DNA of 64,000 bases, from the sequence record SRR31156797_201; one strand, written 5' to 3'. Under the pieces are notes generated by a model that saw nothing but the letters and a program-made list of their open reading frames with translations, made no database searches and was not told where the DNA came from. Below, one piece after another: positions 58,207-64,000 of the stretch. Each line of letters opens with the position of its first letter. The first letter of the stretch is position 1. A program made the position numbers and the translations under genes.

Positions 58207-58563
58207 TTAATTGGATTCTAGTTCCGTTTTAGCATTTTCAACGGTCTTTTTCGAGTTGCCAATAAATATTTTATCATTGATTAAAAGGACTGGTCGTTTC
58301 AAAAATGTGTATTCAGATAGAATGTAATTCTTATAATCATCTTCGGTTAAATTTTGATCTTTAAGTCTAAGTTCTTTGTATTTCATAGCGCGGCGGCTAA
58401 ATAAACTCTCATAAGAACCGGCTAGTTTAGCCATCTCTTCCAATTGTTCAGATGTTATTTTATCCAATTTAATGTCTTGTTGGATAAAATCAGAATCTAA
58501 ATTCAATTCTTTAATAATACGTTGACAAGTTGAACAATTTCCAAGGTGATATATTTTCTTCAT
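58207..58563 (-). CDS. ArsC/Spx/YffB family thioredoxin-fold protein
   Basis: CSTC and LKRPVL motifs. Confidence 0.85.
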   Translation of the reverse strand: MKKIYHLGNCSTCQRIIKELNLDSDFIQQDIKLDKITSEQLEEMAKLAGSYESLFSRRAMKYKELRLKDQNLTEDDYKNYILSEYTFLKRPVLLINDKIFIGNSKKTVENAKTELESN

Positions 58564-58569
58564 TTTCTT

Positions 58570-59466
58570 TTATTTACTATTACTTATTATTTTATCTATA
58601 ATTTCTTCTACTTGTTTTAGGTTTTTACTTTGAGTCTGGATCGCGAAATATTTGTCGTAATATGTGGTTTGCACTCCTTGCCACAATTCCTTAATTGTTC
58701 CTGTTTCTATCAATTCATTGCAAACACTTAAAGGTAACAAACACAAACCTTCGTTTTGTTGAATTGCGCTTAGAATTGCAGTAAGGTTTGGAATAACATA
58801 CCTGGGTTTAAAATATGGACGTTTTTTGAAATTGTCTATCCAAAATGATTTAATGGTTTCCATTTTATGAGAATAGGAGTACCAATTTTGTTCGCTAAGC
58901 CATTTTTCAGCTTCATCTATTTTTTTTTCATAAATAAAGCGATTAAAAGGAACTGTGTCTAAATCTTTACTACATATTAAAATCACTGCTTCTCTGCACA
59001 AATGTCTGTATTCAATGTTTTGATAATTGTGTTGTAGTGTGGTAATAATTAAATCCAGTTGCTTTTTGAATAATTTATCCTGTAGGTTCTCGGTTTCTCC
59101 AAAAGTGAACTCAACATTCATGTCTAGTTGATCCAATATGGATGCAAATGCATAACTAAACATTTCCATGGGCATTCCAACTCTGGCTGTAGGTCTGTTT
59201 TTTAAGGTTCTTCGTTTAAAATTCTCTTCGGTTTTTTCCAATCTTATTATGGCATCTTCAATTTGATTGTACAACTGAATTCCATGAGGTGTTGGTAACA
59301 TTTTACGAGGTTTACGCTCAAATAATTTTACTCCCATATAAGTTTCGAGTGCGGTAAGCTGTTGACTAACTCCAGGTTGTGTAAGAAGTAAAGTTTCAGC
59401 TGCACCAGTTAATGTGCCTCGTTCATATATTGCTTTAAATGTTCTGTACCATTCAAGATTTACCAT
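58570..59466 (-). CDS. LysR family transcriptional regulator
   Basis: TLTGAAETLLLTQPGVSQQLTALE...LFER HTH. Confidence 0.93.
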   Translation of the reverse strand: MVNLEWYRTFKAIYERGTLTGAAETLLLTQPGVSQQLTALETYMGVKLFERKPRKMLPTPHGIQLYNQIEDAIIRLEKTEENFKRRTLKNRPTARVGMPMEMFSYAFASILDQLDMNVEFTFGETENLQDKLFKKQLDLIITTLQHNYQNIEYRHLCREAVILICSKDLDTVPFNRFIYEKKIDEAEKWLSEQNWYSYSHKMETIKSFWIDNFKKRPYFKPRYVIPNLTAILSAIQQNEGLCLLPLSVCNELIETGTIKELWQGVQTTYYDKYFAIQTQSKNLKQVEEIIDKIISNSK

Positions 59467-59561
59467 GTCGAATAAATAAATTTATATAAAAGTATAAAAA
59501 GAATAACTTTATTTATACATGAGAAGGTCTTAAATTTGTGTTAAAATATTTCAGGAAAGTT

Positions 59562-60233
59562 ATGCCAAAAGTATTGTTCGCTTTAACAAGTCATTTTAAA
59601 GATGAGAATGGATGGGAATCTGGATGCTATGTGTTAGAAGTAGCAGTACCCTATTTTCATTTAATTAAAAATGGAATAGATATAGATTTTATATCTCCTA
59701 AAGGAGGTACAGTTCCAGTTAAAAAATTGGATTTGGATGATCCTAAAGTTCAAAGTTTCTTAAAGGATAAAGAGGCAGGTGAGAAATTTTATGCATCGAA
59801 ATTACCTAGTGAGGTAAATCCTGAGGATTACGATGCCATTTATTTTCCAGGAGGTCATGGAGTCGTTTTTGATTTGCCAAATGATAAGGAAATAGCGGAT
59901 ATTGCTAGTAATATATATGAAAATGGAGGGTTTGTATGTGCAGTTTGTCACGGAGGAGCTGGGCTGTTAAATGTGAAAAAATCGAATGGTAAAAATCTTA
60001 TTGATGGAAAAAATGTAACCGGCTTTAGCAATTGCGAAGAAATTGCGATCGGCACAGACACAAAAGTTCCTTTTCTTTTAGAGGATGCCTTAAAAGAGAA
60101 AGGAGCAAACTACTCATGTGCTGCAAACTGGCAGGAATATGTTGTAGTTGATGAACGAATAATTACAGGACAAAATCCAGCATCAGATCTGTTGATGGCT
60201 AAGGAATTGGTAAAAGCTTTAAAGAAGAAATAA
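59562..60233 (+). CDS. DJ-1/PfpI (Hsp31-like) glyoxalase/deglycase family protein
   Basis: E..PY, PGGHG, AVCHG and ITGQNPAS; ATG at 59562 preferred because a TAAATTTG -7 element occupies 59531-59538. Confidence 0.88.
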   Translation: MPKVLFALTSHFKDENGWESGCYVLEVAVPYFHLIKNGIDIDFISPKGGTVPVKKLDLDDPKVQSFLKDKEAGEKFYASKLPSEVNPEDYDAIYFPGGHGVVFDLPNDKEIADIASNIYENGGFVCAVCHGGAGLLNVKKSNGKNLIDGKNVTGFSNCEEIAIGTDTKVPFLLEDALKEKGANYSCAANWQEYVVVDERIITGQNPASDLLMAKELVKALKKK

Positions 60234-60257
60234 TAATTATAAAACAAATAGATAAAG

Positions 60258-61412
60258 ATGGAAAATTTTGATTTTTACAATCCGGTAACGGTATTATTTG
60301 GAAAAGGAAAAATTGCTGAACTAGATAAGCACATTTCTAAGGATGCTAAAATATTAATGACTTATGGTGGCGGAAGCATCAAAAAAAATGGTGTTTACGA
60401 TCAGGTTATGGAAGCATTAAAAGATTTTAATGTAACCGAATTTGGTGGTATTGAGCCTAATCCTCATTTTGAGACCTTAATGAAGGCAGTTGATATCGTA
60501 CGTGATGAAAAGATTGACTTTCTTTTGGCAGTTGGTGGAGGTTCCGTATTGGACGGAACTAAGTTTATTGCAGCAGCAGCTAACTATAAAGGTGAAGATG
60601 AGTGGGATATTTTGTCTAAAAGAGCAAATATTGATTCTGCTGTCGAAATAGGTGCAGTACTTACTCTTGCAGCAACTGGTTCGGAAATGAATAGTGGCGG
60701 GGTAATTACCAAAGCAGCTACAAAAGAAAAGATGGCTTTTGGTAATCCGTTGTTGTTTCCTAAATTTTCAGTCTTAGATCCGGAAACAACTTACTCATTG
60801 CCAATGAGACAAATTACAAATGGTATTGTTGATGCTTACGTTCATGTAATGGAGCAGTATTTGACTTACCCAGTTAATTCACCAGTTCAGGATCGTTTTG
60901 CCGAAGGATTGTTGTTGACCTTAATTGAAGAAGGTCCTAAGGCAGTAGCTACCGAGACTCCCAATTATGAGAACAGAGCCAACTTGATGTGGGCAGCTAC
61001 CATGGCATTAAATGGTTTGATTGGAATGGGTGTTAAGAGTGATTGGGCAACTCACATGATTGGTCACGAACTAACCGCTTTCCATGGTATTGATCATGCC
61101 GTTACTTTGGCAATTGTTCTTCCTGGATTGTTGACTCAACTGAAAGAACAAAGAGGAGAGAAGTTGTTACAGTATGCTGAAAGAGTATGGAATATTACTG
61201 AAGGTACTGATGAGGAGAGAAAAACATTGGCAATTCAGAAAACAGAAGAATTCTTCCAAAGTGTTGGTATTGCTACTCGTTTGAGTGATCACAATGTTGG
61301 ACAGGATAGCATTGATATCATTTCGAATCGATTTAAAGAAAGAGGATATGTTGGTATGCTTCCAGATGTTGCAGTAACGGATGTTGCTGAGATTTTAGAA
61401 GCTCGTTTATAG
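60258..61412 (+). CDS. yqhD: NADPH-dependent iron-containing aldehyde reductase (YqhD/BdhA-like)
   Basis: YGGGSIK, GIEPNP, GGGSVLD, ATGSEMN, DW.THMIGHELTA and IDHA. Confidence 0.88.
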   Translation: MENFDFYNPVTVLFGKGKIAELDKHISKDAKILMTYGGGSIKKNGVYDQVMEALKDFNVTEFGGIEPNPHFETLMKAVDIVRDEKIDFLLAVGGGSVLDGTKFIAAAANYKGEDEWDILSKRANIDSAVEIGAVLTLAATGSEMNSGGVITKAATKEKMAFGNPLLFPKFSVLDPETTYSLPMRQITNGIVDAYVHVMEQYLTYPVNSPVQDRFAEGLLLTLIEEGPKAVATETPNYENRANLMWAATMALNGLIGMGVKSDWATHMIGHELTAFHGIDHAVTLAIVLPGLLTQLKEQRGEKLLQYAERVWNITEGTDEERKTLAIQKTEEFFQSVGIATRLSDHNVGQDSIDIISNRFKERGYVGMLPDVAVTDVAEILEARL

Positions 61413-61433
61413 GAAATTATAAAAAATGGAATG

Positions 61434-61467
61434 AAAAGTCCTTCTCATATCGAGAGGGACTTTTTTT
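61434..61467 (+). terminator. Intrinsic terminator
   Basis: AAAAGTCCTTCTC-atatc-GAGAGGGACTTTTTTT. Confidence 0.88.
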
Positions 61468-61613
61468 GTTTGCCTTCGATCTTATTGTGTTGAACGACGT
61501 TCCATTAGAGTTGGTCGACAACTTTAAATATCTGATATTTTTGGTCTGTAATTTGCATCCTGTCAGGCGAATCCGGATGAAATAGTAATTGTAGAATGAT
61601 TAAAATTTAGAAA

Positions 61614-62291
61614 ATGAGAAATTCAATTAAGAAGAGATATCGTAGTATTTATTTGTTAGGAATAACTATGATGAGTATGGCATTTTTAGCGTCATGTGAT
61701 GATGAGGGAGCTGAATATGTTGATGAATTGGATACAATCGTAACAAGATATGACGAGAGTTTTGACTTTGAAGGTGTTCAAACCTATGTAATGCCAGATA
61801 CCGTTATTTATGTACCCGAAGTGAGTATTAAATCGGAATCAAGAGAAGAATTTGATGAAGTGGTATTAAAGCAGGTTGCTGAAAACTTCGAGAAGATGGG
61901 ATATACTCGATTGGAAGAAAATGCGGATGGATCTGAAGATCCAGATGTGATTGTAACGATCAGTTTAATGGAGAGAGATGTTTATGCTGTTTATCCGTAT
62001 CCCGGATATTGGTACGACTACTGGGCTTGGTACGATTGGGGATATTGGGGTTTCCCATGGATTGGACCTGGATATTCGCCTTATTACCCTCCATACTGGG
62101 GAGTATATTCTTACTCAACAGGAACTTTGGTTGTAGATATGATTCAGCCAGTTCAGATTGATGAAGAGAATCATGTTCCTGTAATTTGGAATGGCTTATT
62201 CAATGGAATTGCTTCTTACGGGCTTGATGAGAGAATGCTGGAAGGTATCGACCAAATGTTTGAGCAATCACCTTATTTATCACAACAATAA
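61614..62291 (+). CDS. Lipoprotein, DUF4136-like
   Basis: Lipobox FLAS-C; DFEGVQTY, Y/W/G/P-rich loop, GTLVVDM, IWNG and IDQMFEQSP. Confidence 0.75.
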   Translation: MRNSIKKRYRSIYLLGITMMSMAFLASCDDEGAEYVDELDTIVTRYDESFDFEGVQTYVMPDTVIYVPEVSIKSESREEFDEVVLKQVAENFEKMGYTRLEENADGSEDPDVIVTISLMERDVYAVYPYPGYWYDYWAWYDWGYWGFPWIGPGYSPYYPPYWGVYSYSTGTLVVDMIQPVQIDEENHVPVIWNGLFNGIASYGLDERMLEGIDQMFEQSPYLSQQ

Positions 62292-62303
62292 AATTAGCGG
62301 AGT

Positions 62304-62912
62304 ATGAAAAAGATTAGCATATTAATTATTGCACTTATTACCATTGGAACATCATTAGATACTTTGGCACAAAAAAGAGGTTTTGTTTCTATAGCATGGA
62401 AAACAGGATTAACACTAAATGATTCTAAAAATTATGCAGATGAGTTTAGTTTAGAAGGAGGACAATTTGGATTTGAAAGATTTGTAGCCAAGAATTTGAG
62501 TTTAGGTATGGATTTAAGTTATTCTCATTTTTATGAGGAATCAGGGAGAATTAGCTACGAAACAGGCAATACAACATATACCGGATCGGGTTTTAAATAT
62601 TTAGATGCAACACCAATATTGGTAAGTGGGAAATATTATTTAGGTCTGGATAAGCAAGATGCTAAAATAGTTCCTTATGTTGGAGTAAGTACCGGAACTT
62701 ACTATATAAAGGAGAGATTAGAGATTGGGTCCATTGCATTTGAAGATGATGGTTGGGCTTTTGGCTTTGCTCCTCAAGCCGGATTTATGGTACGATTGGA
62801 CAAAAAAGCATGGTTCTTTACCGATTTTACCTATAATACTATTTTCGAGAGTGGAGATATTGATAAGCATACCTATCTTACCGGAAGCTTTGGGATTAAG
62901 ATTGGTTTTTAA
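62304..62912 (+). CDS. Small (8-stranded OmpA/OmpW-like) outer-membrane beta-barrel protein
   Basis: Signal peptide TLA-Q; PYVGVSTG and FGFAPQAG; terminal Phe. Confidence 0.8.
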   Translation: MKKISILIIALITIGTSLDTLAQKRGFVSIAWKTGLTLNDSKNYADEFSLEGGQFGFERFVAKNLSLGMDLSYSHFYEESGRISYETGNTTYTGSGFKYLDATPILVSGKYYLGLDKQDAKIVPYVGVSTGTYYIKERLEIGSIAFEDDGWAFGFAPQAGFMVRLDKKAWFFTDFTYNTIFESGDIDKHTYLTGSFGIKIGF

Positions 62913-62931
62913 TTACTTATAAATAATCAAG

Positions 62932-62966
62932 AAGAGGTCATGCCAGTTTATGGTATGACCTTTTTT
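62932..62966 (+). terminator. Intrinsic terminator
   Basis: AGGTCATGCCA-gttta-TGGTATGACCTTTTTT. Confidence 0.85.
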
Positions 62967-62999
62967 AGTGTTAAGAAATTATGAAATATGGATTTGAGG

Positions 63000-63037
63000 T
63001 TTGCAAACTTAAAACAATGTCGTATGTTTGCGTCATT
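63000..63037 (+). promoter_or_regulatory. Bacteroidota sigma-A promoter of the ars operon with overlapping imperfect inverted repeat (ArsR operator candidate)
   Basis: TTTG (63000-63003)-N19-TATGTTTG (63023-63030); AATGTCGTA-tgtt-TGCGTCATT at 63016-63037. Confidence 0.7.
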
Positions 63038-63058
63038 AGAAATAGGAGATGATATCAT

Positions 63059-63385
63059 ATGAAGAAACTAGAACTTTTCGAAACAGAACAACAGGAAATA
63101 GCTGCAATGGCAAAGGCTTTATCTCATCCGGCGCGAGTTGCAATATTGCAATTCCTCGCAGCAACACCTACTTGTATTTCTGGTGATATATCTGATTTTC
63201 TTCCTTTAAGTAGAACAACCGTTTCTCAGCATTTAAAGGAATTAAAATCAATAGGATTGATAAAGGGAGATGTGGAAGGATTGAAGATTAAGTATTGTTT
63301 GAATGAGGAGGGAATAAGTAAATTGAAGAGTTTATTTGGAGATTTTTTAAGAGAAATAACTCCTACAGAAAATAATGTGTGTTAG
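63059..63385 (+). CDS. arsR: ArsR/SmtB family repressor
   Basis: AKALSHPARVAIL, TCISGD and TVSQHLKEL; upstream of arsC and acr3. Confidence 0.9.
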   Translation: MKKLELFETEQQEIAAMAKALSHPARVAILQFLAATPTCISGDISDFLPLSRTTVSQHLKELKSIGLIKGDVEGLKIKYCLNEEGISKLKSLFGDFLREITPTENNVC

Positions 63386-63463
63386 TGAAATTTAAAGAAG
63401 AACGGAACAAGACTCAATAGATGAATGTCTTGTTCATTCTTAAATCTAAAAGAGAATAGAAGA

Positions 63464-63886
63464 ATGAAAGTATTGGTTTTGTGTACAGGAAACTCATGTA
63501 GAAGTCAAATGGGTGAAGCAATTTTAAGAGAGATTAATCCAGAATTGGAAGTAGTTTCGGCGGGAACAAAAATTGCAGATCAAGTGCATCCATTAGCCGT
63601 GAAAGCTATGGAAGAAATTGGTGTTGATATCAGCTCTCAACGTCCAAAAATGGTGGATGAGTTTTTGGAAGATGGCGTTGATTATTTGATCTCTGTATGT
63701 GGTGGAGCAAAAGATGCTTGTCCTGCCTTTTTAGGACCTGTTGGAAAGCGTTTGCACATTGGTTTCGACGATCCAGCTTATGCTGAAGGAACAGAAGAAG
63801 AGATATTTGAGGTGTTTAGAAGAGTGAGAGAAGAAATTCGTAGAGATTTCGCAAAATTTAACGAGGAGTACATCCTAAACAAATAA
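63464..63886 (+). CDS. arsC: Thioredoxin-coupled arsenate reductase (LMW-PTP fold)
   Basis: [16 protein letters not shown]...CP and FDDP; likely ATG at 63464. Confidence 0.92.
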   Translation: MKVLVLCTGNSCRSQMGEAILREINPELEVVSAGTKIADQVHPLAVKAMEEIGVDISSQRPKMVDEFLEDGVDYLISVCGGAKDACPAFLGPVGKRLHIGFDDPAYAEGTEEEIFEVFRRVREEIRRDFAKFNEEYILNK

Positions 63887-63890
63887 GAAA

Positions 63891-64000
63891 ATGGGCGCGT
63901 TAAACAAGAAATTATCATTTCTGGACAGATATCTTACTTTATGGATATTTGCTGCGATGGCTATAGGTGTAGGAGCAGGTTATTTCTTTCCATCGATGGC
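63891..64000 (+). CDS. acr3: ACR3 arsenite efflux transporter (5' fragment, truncated by the window end)
   Basis: Manual translation [30 protein letters not shown], the characteristic Acr3 N-terminus. Confidence 0.9.
   Translation, partial: MGALNKKLSFLDRYLTLWIFAAMAIGVGAGYFFPSM

Noticed and set aside
2192-62922. The many 60-125-aa ORFs in the track that overlap long genes
   Set aside because: All are nested in or antisense to confidently assigned CDS and lack motifs or independent start context
1-64000. CRISPR arrays, tRNA/rRNA, IS elements, prophage or anti-phage defence genes
   Set aside because: No regularly spaced repeats, structural RNA signatures, transposase, integrase or nuclease motifs were seen by eye

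Overview
AT-rich bacterial chromosome segment from a Bacteroidota organism. This rests on TTTG-N19-TAnnTTTG promoters, A-rich non-Shine-Dalgarno starts, a CzcA-TolC fusion and an exosortase K/MSEP-CTERM pair; a marine Marinifilaceae-like organism is my inference. I saw no rRNA, tRNA, CRISPR array, transposase or integrase. About 52 CDS, in order: the 3' part of a TonB-dependent receptor, a CHAD protein, PBP1A, a FIST sensor plus hybrid kinase, truA, a C69 peptidase, a CreD/exosortase-K envelope operon, SRAP, a heavy-metal RND pump, a 12-gene exopolysaccharide (EPS) locus abutting an H-NOX/hybrid-kinase module, azoR, a large GAF protein, a PlpD-like patatin, lysC-lysA, an aldehyde-detox module and the start of an ars operon. 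The most interesting candidates are: (1) an NO-sensing (H-NOX) phosphorelay next to an EPS locus whose priming transferase carries its own receiver domain, and which has a half-size TolC-like protein but no Wza; (2) an unannotated Lys-rich leader peptide plus terminator forming an apparent lysine attenuator upstream of lysC-lysA; (3) a GAF protein whose C-terminus shows the ordered motifs of a divergent class III nucleotidyl cyclase; (4) a recurring ACTACT(T) element before EPS and NO-sensor start codons; (5) a palindromic operator shared within the CreD/XrtK operon. All family assignments come from motif recognition by eye; no searches were run.
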